The notes under the pieces: model-generated
What the model was told of the DNA's origin: nothing
What the model saw: the letters and a program-made list of their open reading frames with translations, nothing else
Database searches by the model: none
Shown: positions 20,208-31,640 of the stretch, piece after piece
Numbering within the stretch: the first letter of the stretch is position 1
Layout: every line of letters begins with the position of its first letter
Assembly (NCBI GenBank): GCA_023645945.1
Contig: JALAIB010000094.1
Span: 1 to 32,821, forward strand
Length of the DNA stretch: 32,821 bases
Reading direction: 5' to 3'
Origin: Diploschistes diacapsis
Taxonomy: Eukaryota
Program-made: the position numbers and the translations under genes

Positions 20208-20606
20208 ATCGTTTCACCACACAACGGAACACACCACCAAGCGGAACACTACATTATAATGTAATTGCGCTAGATCGAGCGCTTCCGTATTTAGTTTAGT
20301 TTCTAAGTTTTAAGCGAGCTTTTGAGCTAAGCCTGTTCCGTACGAAGCCCCACAACCACACATTAAATTATTTGCACGGAGCTGAATCTTGTTCTCAACT
20401 ACAACTACCCCAACTGTCACCCCTGCACGGCCGTTCTTTTCTTTAGATTGTAAAGCATGTAATGCGAAAGCGATTCGGCCTTCTTGAGTATCCATAATAA
20501 GAGAATGTTATCGTACGAAAGGTGAAAATGTTAAAAAATACACTTTACGAAGGTGCAGGGATTGTGTTCCGCTTGGTGGTGTGTTCCGTTGCGTGGTGAA
20601 ACACGT
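20208..20606 (-). mobile_element. Non-autonomous Fot1/pogo-family (Tc1/mariner superfamily) deletion derivative, MITE-like, ~399 bp
   Basis: Inverted repeats at 20211-20249 and 20564-20602 match at 38/39 nt, and each contains the internal direct repeat CGGAACAC twice. The right end is ACGT followed by TA (20607-20608); TA is also at 20206-20207 on the left, where the terminus is degenerate. The internal ORF start MDTQEGRIAFALHALQ resembles the Fot1-type transposase N-terminal HTH start (QEGRI.LA..A). Confidence 0.88.
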
Positions 20607-21923
20607 TATAGGCACTATATTGATTATACAATAGGACGCTCGTCGTTCGACTGCTTTTAGCCCAAAAAAAACATGAGGGACGTTAAGGTTCGTTGAGAGG
20701 GTAATACTTCTGATCCCAATCTCCCGATAAAGGTATGCAGCTCGACATCAAGGATATATAGTAGACGGCATGGGGCAGATACGGGCTTGAATGTAGAAAC
20801 CATTGCTGAACAGCCACTCGCGCATCTGCCCATCTATCTTGCGAAAAATGCAGCGAAAAAGTAGGTGCTGTTTGTAAAATGCTCTGCGATGCCGCGCGAG
20901 AGGTCAAAGGATGTACTCTAAGCTCGTAATCCGTAATAATTGGTGTTGCATTCACAACACCGTGAGAGCACGAGAATTTCTGGCCCCCATTGCTTGTTCA
21001 GTCATCCTTCATCGTTGTCGATGGCCTGTTCTGGTGCTGGTGCGTGAAGGCAAGGGACTTGAGCTAAGCACTGCCCCAACTACCCCCGGTTGGGGATATC
21101 AAAATGAAAACAAAATTTGGTTAGTGAGATACTTGTACATTATAGTTCGTGTTCGGTGCTTCAAGGTAAGCTGGAAGGAAAGGAATTAGTAGAATACTAA
21201 AGTATCTACAAAGTACGTGGTCAAAGTGGTGAAGGAGTTCTCCACTGCCGCATTGCAGCCAAAAGGAACCAACCAGGGGCGAAAAGGGCCAGCGATGAGG
21301 CCCAAGGCTCGCAAACACTTACTCCATACCCACCACTTATAATGGGTGATATGAAGTGAAACCCTGCACGAAATGCTGCTCCCAGGAAGATCCACAAACT
21401 TCTCTACTCTATATCCATGGGCCCAGTACGGGTATGCATGCCGTGTGCGTTGGGGACGAGATGCTGATGTAATTCGAATACGAACATGGATTAAAATCTT
21501 ACGCAACATCCTCATCAGCCAGTCGAAGTGCGACTGTGTGAATAGTAATAGTAATAGTAATTGATGCGGATCGCAATTGTCGATATTTTCACCAGTACTA
21601 GTACTAGCTCATGCGCTGACACAACGCTCGTACAGAGTACTGCATCTGTGGGCTGCTAATCACGCTGGACTTGAGTGTGAAAGACTGCTGTAGGTCATGC
21701 CGTGTCTAAGAACAAAGGGAGAAAGTAGGGGAGAGTACCTGCAGAAGAAGCGCCCGAAAAGCCGCTGAACTAGAATCTCACGCTTTCCTTTCCGAAGCTT
21801 AACTCCACCTTTAGCTCCGTGCCCCATGTTACTGTTGACCGACTCCCATAGTAAAAGTTTTCCCCATCTGCGCCGCCGCCACCTCTAGCAACTAGGACTG
21901 CTGTGGGGCAAACTGTCCAGTGC

Positions 21924-21940
21924 ATTATTATTATTATTAT
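21924..21940 (+). repeat. (ATT)n microsatellite upstream of the adhesin gene
   Basis: ATT x5 plus AT. A separate (AATAGT)x3 lies at 21541-21561. Confidence 0.8.
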
Positions 21941-22420
21941 AGACTATACTTTTGCCGCCTCTACTCTCCTTTTGTTGGCCCTGCAGCTGGCCCCTGTGTG
22001 AGTGAGAGAGAGCCAGTGGACTAAGCAAGACTGGCTTCGGCGCTTGACCCCATTCGGCCGTTTCCTGAGCGCGCGCCTTCTACCATTTCTCCAAAGGAAA
22101 GAAGCTCTAAAAATATGCTCGTTTTGGCAGTCCCGCCTGGCCCCCCTCATCGTGCGCGTACCTGTGCGTACCTGTGAGAGTCTATATTGTAGACCCTCAT
22201 CCCCTCCCATCATCACTCACTCTCTTTTCCTCTCCTCTCCATCCTACGTCCTATTCTTTACCGTAATTTCGCCTTTGCCTTTTCCTTTTGCTTTACAGCA
22301 CGCCCCTAGGCCTTACAGTCACTCGCTTGTACTGTTCTCATTCGCAGAACATAGTAAAATCACCATCATTTTTATATCACCCACACTCGCTGCTATACTT
22401 GACGGATATACTTGGTCATA

Positions 22421-24496
22421 ATGTACACCAAGTCTCTTCTACTCGCGGCAGTCCTGGGGCTGCAGCAGGCTGCAGCCAGCCAGTGGGACATCAATGCCTC
22501 GTTGTACAAGTGCCCTGGATCGACTCCAACCACGTGCTCTCCTTACCAGCTGGGCGGTTGGAGCTTTGGTGGTATCCCCACCGGCTCCATCAGCGGCTTC
22601 GATGGCTTTTCCTTCAGCTGCGGCGTTAGCGGCGTCTCCGGATCTGGGTGGACCTGCAACAGCCAATTTCAGGGCCTGAGCGGCAAGAAGCAGCGCTCTC
22701 TCACACCTCGCACCAGCGGTGGAAGCCAGTGCGTCGAGGCCGATCTGAAGAACAAGCCCACAATCAGCTGCGCGGACCGTGACTTCACCGCAGCCCAATT
22801 CTCCCTGGTAGCCGACTTCGACGTTGACTTCATCATGACCTGCGACCAGGGGAACGGACAGACCTGCCAGCAGAGTGGGCATTGCGCCGCGGCCGGTTCC
22901 AGCTTCCAGAACACGCAGTGTGCTGGCTGTAAGAGCATCTCGTTTCAGGGTGGTGTTGGGTTTTCTGGCAGCTGCGGTTTCGGCATTCAGAGCATCGGAT
23001 GGGAGTGCAGCAGCAGTTCCACCGTTCCCTCCCTCCCGTCCTCGACCCCCAGCATCCCCGTGCACTCAACCTCTCCTGCCACAAGCTCTGCTCAAGCTAC
23101 TGCTTCCGCCACCGCCCAAAGCTGGAGCAGCACTCCATCATCCCACTCGAGTCCGTCCCAGTCAGGCCCTTCCCAGTCAAGCTCCGCTCAGGCCTCCCCA
23201 TTGACCACATCTGCTCCTATCCCGACCGTCATTACCACGATGGGCACCTCGATCATCACCGACACTGTCGAGGTCACCATTACGTCCTGCGCCTCGAGCG
23301 TCCTTAGCTGCCCAGCACGCTCCACGATCGTAACAACCTCAACCACCCAGTATACCACTGTGTGCCCAGTGACCCTCACTCACACCCCGACCCCGGCCAC
23401 CAGCGCACAGGCAATTCCCAGCTCGACGTCTGTCGCCCTCGTTCCTAGCTCGTCCACCGTCGTCGTGATCCCTGGCTCATCCTCGGCCGCCGGCAAGCCC
23501 AGCTCCACCCTCGTCACAATTGTCAGCAGCCCAACAACCTCTGCTCAGGCTATTGGCTCCACCACCTCGCCAGCTCCTATTCCAGGCACCACCCAAGAGG
23601 TTGTCACAACCATCATCGTGACCGAGTCGACCACCGTCTGCCCCGTCACCGCCACCATCACGCCAACGACCGGCAGCGTCACTACCCCGATCGTGACCAC
23701 TTCCCTGTCCACTTCCACCATGACCATCACCAGCGTCTCCACCATCTGCACCAAGTGCGTGGCACCTGCGCCAACCTCCTCGGCTCAAGCCCAGGCCACC
23801 TCCCCCATCCCCAGCCCCGTCTCCTCGAGCTCCCCACAGGCCTCTTCTCCCGCCCAAGCCGGCTCCCCCTGCCCATCTGTCGTGCCCAGCTGTCTCAACA
23901 CCTGGATGTTCACCACAACCTGCAAGGACAACACGGACGTCGGCTGCTTCTGCCAGCTCGCCAACTACACTACCTCCGTCATCGGCTGCATCTCCGCCTA
24001 CGGCGCCACCCCAGCGGAGATCTCCTCCGCCATCTCCTACCTGCAGGGCATCTGCGCCCCCTACGTCTCGGCCAACCCAGGCGTCGTCACGGGCGTGCCC
24101 TCGACCATCTCCATCGCTCCCGTCCCCAGCACGGTCCCGGCCACGACCATCACCATTGTCAGCGGCACGGTGTCCACCTGCGCAACCGTGCCCGCCGTGC
24201 AGTTCACCACTTACACGTCTGCCGCCGCCGGTGCTACGGTGCCGGCCGCGTCCCCTGGCCTCGTCCCCGGCACGGCTAGCCCCGTCGCGCCCCAGCAGTC
24301 AGCTGCTCCGGGCGTCACCGCACCGTTCCCGTCCGGCGGCTCGCCGGCGTCTGCCAGCCCGAGCGGCACGGGAGCCATCACCAGTGCGAACCCGGCGAGC
24401 TCCAGCCCGATCCCGTTCCAGGGCGCTGCCGCCAAGGGCGCTGCGTCCGGCTTCGCTGGTGTGGCAGCCATCTTCGTTGCCATGGTTGCTCTGTGA
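22421..24496 (+). CDS. Mad1-like GPI-anchored cell-wall adhesin with a CFEM domain, ~691 aa, intronless
   Basis: Signal peptide MYTKSLLLAAVLGLQQAAA; Cys/Gly-rich N-terminal domain; Ser/Thr/Pro-rich stalk with TTVCPVT repeats; CFEM-type region CPSVVPSCLNTW...CKDNTDVGCFC...VIGCISAYG...SYLQGIC; GPI-signal-like end FQGAAAKGAASGFAGVAAIFVAMVAL. The architecture matches Metarhizium MAD1-type adhesins. Confidence 0.88.
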   Translation: MYTKSLLLAAVLGLQQAAASQWDINASLYKCPGSTPTTCSPYQLGGWSFGGIPTGSISGFDGFSFSCGVSGVSGSGWTCNSQFQGLSGKKQRSLTPRTSGGSQCVEADLKNKPTISCADRDFTAAQFSLVADFDVDFIMTCDQGNGQTCQQSGHCAAAGSSFQNTQCAGCKSISFQGGVGFSGSCGFGIQSIGWECSSSSTVPSLPSSTPSIPVHSTSPATSSAQATASATAQSWSSTPSSHSSPSQSGPSQSSSAQASPLTTSAPIPTVITTMGTSIITDTVEVTITSCASSVLSCPARSTIVTTSTTQYTTVCPVTLTHTPTPATSAQAIPSSTSVALVPSSSTVVVIPGSSSAAGKPSSTLVTIVSSPTTSAQAIGSTTSPAPIPGTTQEVVTTIIVTESTTVCPVTATITPTTGSVTTPIVTTSLSTSTMTITSVSTICTKCVAPAPTSSAQAQATSPIPSPVSSSSPQASSPAQAGSPCPSVVPSCLNTWMFTTTCKDNTDVGCFCQLANYTTSVIGCISAYGATPAEISSAISYLQGICAPYVSANPGVVTGVPSTISIAPVPSTVPATTITIVSGTVSTCATVPAVQFTTYTSAAAGATVPAASPGLVPGTASPVAPQQSAAPGVTAPFPSGGSPASASPSGTGAITSANPASSSPIPFQGAAAKGAASGFAGVAAIFVAMVAL

Positions 24497-25255
24497 ATGA
24501 TGGAGCAAGGGTAGGAGAGGAAAGAGTATGTACAGAGGCGACGAGGGACAGAAGGGAGGGGGAAGCTATAATTCACGTCTTTCTTTTAATGAACGCATTA
24601 AACAGAACAGCGCCTGGTGGCGCGGTGTTCGGGAGTTGCAGAGCAGGCAGCTACAAGCCCCGGGTAATTTTTGAGTCGCCCTTTTTTCCGAAACGGCTTT
24701 GGGTAGTATTGGTGGGCGGTGGTGATGGATGAAAGTGGCCAAGGAGAGAGAGAGAGAGATGTAATCAACAGAGAAGGGAGAAAACAAACGAGTGCAATTT
24801 ACAGCAGCCTGTAATAGATAATACCAAGGCTTTTCTAACCTGCGAATCAAACCAGGCTGCCCTTGGATGTAGTTTTCTTGCTTCACGCCGATTGATGTTC
24901 GCGTGCTTGCGAAGTGAACCGAAGCGACTTTGTCCCTTGGAGTCTGCTTCCAGCCCACCAATAAAAATTGAGTCATGAGTGCGTGTATATATATACATAT
25001 AATATATATATAGCAGGTAGGTACACGCGAGAGAATTATCCATCCGAAGTTATACCTACCCACCTACCCTACCCAGTCAAAGGTACGTCTCCCCACCACT
25101 TTGTATACATAAATACCCCAAGCTCGGGGAAAAAGCCGCTTTAGATGGAATAGCCCAAAAGAGAGCAATCTAGAAGTTTTTTTTCAGGGGAGAAAGTACC
25201 TTTGGGATTTTTTGGATTTTTTTCCTCTCGTGATTGATCGGGAGCACTTATTCGA

Positions 25256-25259
<4 letters not shown>

Positions 25260-25286
<27 letters not shown>
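25260..25286 (+). repeat. Poly(T) tract, 27 nt
   Basis: Read directly from the sequence. A (TA)-rich tract lies near 24986-25012 and a (GA)n tract near 24744-24758. Confidence 0.9.
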
Positions 25287-25754
25287 GGGTTTTTGTGTGT
25301 GTTGGGGGGGGATGTATTGACGGTGCGAAAGAGGTATACCAGGGGATATACAGATTGTTGGTGATGGTCCGCCTGCGGCCTACTGGCCAAGGTTTGTACG
25401 TTGTTAATATTATATATGGGTGGGCGTTGTGTGTTTTTGATTTGGCGTCGGTCGGATGGAGTAAGGTTGATGCGGATTACTTTTGAGGGTGGTTTTTTGG
25501 GAAGTTCGATTTGAACAAAAGGGGGGTCTGTCTGTCTCTGTGTACAAGTTTGTGCCCACCATTCCAGGTAATCTAGTTAACAAATTCTTTTGTACAGAGA
25601 ATAACATCGATCGCTTCAACGTTTGCTTGCTCTGCCTTCTGTCGCCCACATTTACCGATGCCCTCGCTCATCCCTCTCCAGCTCCTTTCTCAGTACCATT
25701 TACGCCTCAAAAAATAAGGCGCATCTCCCCGCTTCGAGATATTTCGCCCCCCCT

Positions 25755-26088
25755 GGAGCCCCCAACTAGCGCTGCCGCTGCACCATCGGCCTTGCAAAGA
25801 TCAAAGTTGACGGTGGCTCCATACTGGTTCGCGGCACTCGTGCTTGCCCTGGGCGCAGAGCGGGTTACCGTTCGCAGGGCACAAGTCGTCGACCTTCACG
25901 ACGATGGTGCTGGCACCGCGCAGAGCCTTGCCGGAACTGTCCGTCGAAGGGGTCAGCCGACAGCAGGTGCCGCATGCCGGACCCGCGCCCTGGCCAGGAC
26001 CGACGCGGAAGAGGGCCTGAGAGGCGGCGGCCTTGAAGCCGGGTTGGTGTGGAAGTGAGCCGTTTCGATCGCCAGAGCCGTAAGCGAG
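25755..26088 (-). pseudogene. GH45-like / DPBB (expansin-like) endoglucanase pseudogene
   Basis: AYGSGDRNGS...PGFKAAASQALFRVGPGQGAGPACGTCCRLT..DSSG...IVVKVDDLCPANGNPLCAQ, then after a one-base frameshift (~25848) ASTSAANQYGATVNFDLCKADGAAAAL. The expected N-terminal Cys segment (C....ACG) is missing, and no intact signal peptide or ATG was found. Confidence 0.8.
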
Positions 26089-27032
26089 CAAGGGAAGTGA
26101 TGGATGGCGTTGCAAGGAGGCTTCGATCCTACGATCGTTGCGAACGAGTCCAGATCACATGTCGGACCGGCCTTGATACTTAGCCGCATGAACCTTGTAG
26201 ATAGCAGGGAGACGGCTGTTTGGATCGAAGGATCAACAAAGCGCAAAGGGAAAAGGAATCCAATGTCTGGGCTCCAATTCAACGCTTCACAGTAGATTGG
26301 AAAGTACAGCGTACAAAGTACTTTGAATGCGAACATCTGCTAGCACAGAATTGAGTACCATGATCTGGGGTGCAAGGGTTGGACAGAGCCCGAAAAATCG
26401 AGAAAGCCTGCTGCACGCCACACGTGGCTTACCAACAGCACTACCATTGAGTCTAAGTTGTCAGCCCAGGAATTGACAACCTACCTTTCTTTAATATCGA
26501 AGAACTTGAAGGGACCATAAGCTGATCTTTTTGCGGGCCCGTCTTCTCCGCCAGAAAGCGACCTTGAACCATTGCTGCTTACGAAGCAGCCCAGTTTAGC
26601 CATGTGTACACGTTGTGCGGTAAATGGATCCAATATGATATTTCGAATCCCAGGGCATCCTTAGAGCCCAATCTCATCAAGCGTTGATCTTCGGATACAT
26701 ACTGTTTGTGCAATTATGAATTTCCGAATACTCATTTCATTGCATTAAAAGATTATGTAGTATCATCTAGGTATGTGGTCAGTCGTACCGAAGCATGTCA
26801 TACACCGTGCTGAATCTGCTCGCTCAAAACGATCTGAAAACCCGACGCCTTCGTAGCCGCTGCTGTTGTTGCCATTCATTCCCACTTGCATGGCCTGCCA
26901 TCGGAGCGAACAGATTTTCCTGCTGGATTTCGTGGTCGGAGACATCTGCTACCTTATGAGCCCTGCGAACAGCCCGCTGCTAGCTTTTCAGCTCGCTTGC
27001 TCACCAACTCGGAGGCCCTTCCTCTCTCCCGT

Positions 27033-28375
27033 TTATAGTTCCTTCTTCGCCTCCTCTTCTTTCAGAGCCTTTGCCAGACTTCCACCTTCGGCATACTCCA
27101 TCGATTCTCGAGGGGGAGACGGCGAAGCTGGAGCAAGCCCTGCCCTCACCTCCTCAATCGATGCTCCTTGAGGGGCTGTCGTAGTCATCGATCCGTTCCA
27201 TTCAGCTGGTGGCTCAGCTTCCACTTGAGCTTTAATGGCCTCCATCTCAGCCTCCGTTACGGCCCGTTCATTTTCCAACCGAACTTCCTTCCCTCGCTTA
27301 TAACAGTACCAGCAGACCAGCATCAGGATGGCAATTGCCAGAGACCAGATGACATTGAGGCTGGCCAAAGCTGGGAAGCGAGTCCTGAGAGAAGCCATGA
27401 TTGTCCGGAACATGCCAAGAAGAGGACCTTGCTTGCCAACCAAATCCTTGAGGTTTGGAACCTTAAACTTGACGCCTGCCTTGGATGCTGCACTTGTGCC
27501 TTTTGTGAAGAGGTCGGACTTCAATCCTGGTTTCTCAGCCGCTGCTGCGAGAATTTCAGGTCCAATGAAGTGAGTATATTTGGCAGGAAGTTTCGTGACC
27601 CATTGCTGGACAAATGGGGGTAGTCCTTTAAACATCTTCTGCAATTGATCTTCTGAATTTGAGAGCAACGCTTCCAGATCGTGATATGCAGTGGGAACAC
27701 CGTTCACCAGATCCTTGAAGACAAGCGTGAATCTGGTTAATGTCAGCCTGCTGTGAGTTCTGTTATGATAAGGGGATCTAACTTTTGAAGGAGCTCCCGC
27801 GACTCGTCCGATATCGAAAACACACGGTTGTTTACGGCGGCAAGGTTCAGCTGCTCAAGCACCTGCTCTATCTCTTCATTTTCCCTCTTCGCCTCAGATG
27901 CAGTTGTTTTTGACGGCTCGGCGCTATTCCCATCCGTAGCCTTCATGTCTGCCATTGCGCTCTCCAAGCCCGTCGCAGTAGCCTTGCGATCACGAAGTTT
28001 GCTACCAAGCTGCAGAAAACTCCATTTCCTCTTCCTGCCTTCTTTGGTAGGACTGGTCGGACTTGCAGGACTCCGTGGCGAGCTGGGCCCCCCTTTGGGA
28101 CTCGTCACTTCATCATTAGGCGTATCGGGTACGTCTGGCAGAGGGACCTCTCGAGCTTCATCAGCGAGTACAAGCTGGGCATTGTTGCCTTCTATGTCGC
28201 CTGCGATGGGTATGTCAAGATGTCTTGCAGGTAGAGGAGGTGGGGTGCCTTCGACTTGTGAGGTGATCTTCTGTAAGAAGACTTCATCGGCATCGGTCAG
28301 CAGAGGTTCAGAGGGACGTCTCTTGGCCTGCTTTCCCTTGCCCTTAGATTTCTTGGAGGAAAAGTACTCGAGCAT
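27033..28375 (-). CDS. Conserved fungal hypothetical protein with one predicted transmembrane helix; 2 exons (28375-27783, 27732-27033), ~430 aa
   Basis: A 50-nt intron (27782-27733; GTTAGA..GCTGAC..CAG) joins ...ELLQK-FTLVFKDLVNGVPTAYHDLE.... The hydrophobic stretch VIWSLAIAILMLVCWYCY is followed by KRGKEVRLE. Confidence 0.85.
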
Positions 28376-29350
28376 GCTTGCAATGGTGAGCTAGGATACA
28401 GACCCTGGGATAGATGTGATAGCGTGAAGAAGTTGAAAGTGAAGATGTGGCGGTCACTCGCTCGACTTCTTCATGGCTTTCAAGCCACAAATGATGTCAC
28501 CGATCTGTTAGCAAAACTGGTAAATGCAGGGTTCAATTTTTGCACCTTACTAGATACTCCAAAAGTAATCTTCAATGTTACCTCTCTAAAGGAACATCCC
28601 ATAAGGTCTGTCTGTTTATGGAATAGCCGATCAAGGAAATAAGGCGCTACGCGTGGTCAAAGAATAGCCGGCAAGGTTTTCTTACTCGACGATGCGCTGT
28701 TTGTCCTACAACTTGTATAGATTAATACTACCTACGGACTTTGAGCCTCCTTGGAATCCTCCGTGGAACGCGTAATTGAACTACCAAAGGGGTCGTCGCT
28801 TTTAACCTTCACGTGGAACTGTGGAGGCCCCCAACCCTATATCTACAATGCCTCCTCGTTTCAGCTCGGGCACGGCCAGTGAAGGTTTAAGCCTGTGACT
28901 ACAGCCTAAACCTGTAGTAGGTCCTGCTACGTACTGATTAATACAGATGTTCCCAAAATTCTGATAGAGAAAGTTAACTATACCGAGTTTTGATGCTGGT
29001 TTCAAGTGAATAAGGAAAAGATAACGTATTACTATAAAGAATCATAAAGAATCATAAACCAGACACGTTACATCATGTAGCTTTGGCAAAGGGTTCAGCC
29101 TTCTGTGTTAACTCGGACTTCATCCATCTCATACAATGACAAGCTCAGAGAGTTGAGTCAGAGACCTCCTGGTTGTCCCTGCCATAATTCCCGGTGCAAA
29201 GCTGTTATTTTACTAGCCATCCTACAAACAGTGCAGAGAAGTACATTCCCCTGTTCCCACCCCCCCACAATTTATCCTCCTTCCCTTGATATTCTTTGCC
29301 GCCTATTGTTCTCCAAAGTTGCTTTCAGAGAATTTCCCACTCAGCTAGTT

Positions 29351-30983
29351 ATGGCCGGAGGTACCCAGAGCTTAGACAGCACTCCTAAGATACACGAAAG
29401 TTCTCCGATAGAGGAGGTGCCACAGCCAGTCTTAAACCCGACTCCTCGAAAGCGTGCCAGAATGGGTGGTGGCAGGGCGGATGGTGTTCCTTTCTCGGGC
29501 CTGTGCATGTATTTTGAGGACGAGGAGCTTGACGAAATCGACTATCCGAACAGTGAGTACCCTCGCATTATTATGTCATCAGGTACTGATACCCTTGACT
29601 ATCTAGGGGCTCATCGTCAAGTCAAGCAAGAAATTCAGGAGGATGATGACATGCTTGGAGCTCTAGATATAGCAGAGGATACTTCCGACGACGCAAACTT
29701 TGGTGCAGACCTGGCCGCAGAGGTAAGTGAATCGGCAATTCTTGGCTGTCGCAACTTACTTGTCTGGTTCGCTAGGACGGAGGCACGCCCACGGAACAGC
29801 CTGGCAGACGAGATCGCGGTAACCTTCGGATTCCCACTGGTCGCCATGTCTGTCGTCCGGTCTCGCTCGACATGAATTCGGATGATGAGATCATCGTCAG
29901 CATGAAGCGCAAGCACATCAGCGACACGAAAATTGCCAACTACCTGCGGGAGACTGGTCGCGTCAACTACAGTGCGAAAACGATTGGTGTGCAAACTTTG
30001 GAGTCTATTGGTCAACTGCTAACACAGCTAAAGGTACGCGGTTCATGAGAATCCGTGCAAAGATCGCTCGTGCTCGTGATGAAGACTTGGATGCAGGGGT
30101 TGCTGTTTGGAGACCAAGGGACGTTAGTATCCCAACCCTACTGTTCAATGTTCCTATCAGCTGAATGATTTAGGACGGAAACCTCATGAAAGCCGCACAC
30201 CTGGCCGACGTGAATGTTACTGCGATGAAGGAAGCAGCCGAGAGCAAGAAATGGGAACTAACTTCCAGGGAACTATCCAGGTTCGACAGCAATAGTTCGT
30301 ATTCTTCCAGGGCTTGTAAAGAGCGGTTCGAGAAACTGCAGGACGGGACGGTCCACTCGACTGCCACGCTCCCTACAATCAACACTCCTGTTCAACAGGA
30401 GCTCAAGCGAATCACAGGCATTCTGGAATACTACAGCAAGAAGCTCGTTGATGTCAAGGCGGAAGCCCAAAAAGAGTTGGGGGAAGCTTTAGCTCAGGAT
30501 GCGCCAGCAATCCGAGACCTAGCTCAAGACACTTCAGCTCCACTAGCCGCTTCCGATCGCGACTTCTCGCCCAGCCGTCGGGCAATGGATGTTGATTCAG
30601 ATCTTACTGGGCTAGATACGTGGATGTTAAGGACCATGCGCATGGCTAAGCAGGATTCCGAGGTCGAAAAGCGTCTGGACGGATTGGCATTGCCCGAGGT
30701 GGATGATATGACGGGCATCGAGCTTCACGCTGAGCTCTTGGCTCGCGGACTTGTGCGCGACGGAAGGAAGGAGAAGCTGGCATCGCTGGTCAAGGATGCC
30801 CGTAATGGCAGCAACAAAGTTCCTAGGTCGATTCTTCCTCCTGACGTGGCTCCACTCCGTGAGCTTCTTGCCAAGCGGGCTAAGCGTGCCAACAAGGGGC
30901 GAACGGCCAACGGAGGCAGTGCGCGTAGGCGTTCAAACAAAAGGCATCATGTCGACAGCGACGATTCCGATGACAATTACTAG
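29351..30983 (+). CDS. Putative nuclear protein with Myb/SANT-like helical motifs and a SAP-like motif; 5 exons (29351-29552, 29607-29722, 29776-29986, 30034-30122, 30174-30983), ~475 aa
   Basis: Four GT-AG introns (54, 53, 47 and 51 nt) give a continuous frame. DDEIIVSMKRK..SDTKIANYLRETGRVNYSAKTIGTRFMRIR and KWELTSREL...YSSRACKERFEKL are Myb-like. DDMTGIELHAELLARGLVRDGRKEKLASLV fits the SAP consensus. The tail is basic and NLS-like. Confidence 0.8.
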
Positions 30984-31515
30984 TTGGTCGACATATTGCC
31001 CCTCCTCTGCCAGACCATTTGGAGGACTTCCACAATGGGAAGGGGATCTGATCTTATGCACATATGCATGCAATACGGTCATAGCATAGCTTGCAACCTC
31101 TTGCGATGTAGCTCCGCATAGATACCCATGCATGAAATGAGTTGTAATGCTACAAAAATACTCAAATATTCACGTACTGTCTATACTGTCTTTGCTTGTG
31201 CTGTTGGTACCAGTGCAGGCCCACACAAGAGCTCGAGAGCTTCAGATCAATTACAAAACAACTCGGAATTTTCAGGAAAGAGCTTCAAGTAACTCTCAGG
31301 CCCTTTTTATATTTGACCTGAAGCATTCCTAAAAGCTCTTCTATGGGCTTAATTAGTGGTTGTAAGGTAGACTAAGGATCGGCTCGAGCCTCAAACCTCG
31401 CTTAACTCTTATCGGTCTGTAAATGGGGTTTGGTGGGGGGACCCCGCCATGTATGGTTTCCCCTGCCAAGGAAACTTTGATTTATTCGCTCAGAAGAGTA
31501 ATTATCCTACATCAT

Positions 31516-31547
31516 TCACCTCACCTCACCTCACCTCACCTCACCTC
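31516..31547 (+). repeat. (TCACC)x6 pentanucleotide microsatellite in the PSD promoter or 5' leader
   Basis: Six perfect copies at 31516-31545, ~95 nt upstream of the ATG at 31641. Confidence 0.9.
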
Positions 31548-31640
31548 TCTTCTCAGGTATATCTCAGTTTCAGTCTTACAATTACCTTTTCCTTCAATTC
31601 CCTGAACCAAATCAAAGTATCTAGCTACTATTACTCCACC

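Noticed and set aside
20211..20602. Repeated CGGAACAC units as a CRISPR-like array or ncRNA hairpin
   Set aside because: They are internal direct repeats of transposon TIRs in a eukaryotic context, with no spacer structure.
22439..24576. Many overlapping antisense and alternate-frame ORFs in the adhesin gene
   Set aside because: Expected from GC-rich, Ser/Thr/Pro/Ala-biased coding sequence; no independent motifs.
25184..25390. Poly(T)/poly(A) tract as a retroposon tail or a poly-Lys ORF
   Set aside because: No target-site duplication or element body was identified, so it is treated as a simple homopolymer.
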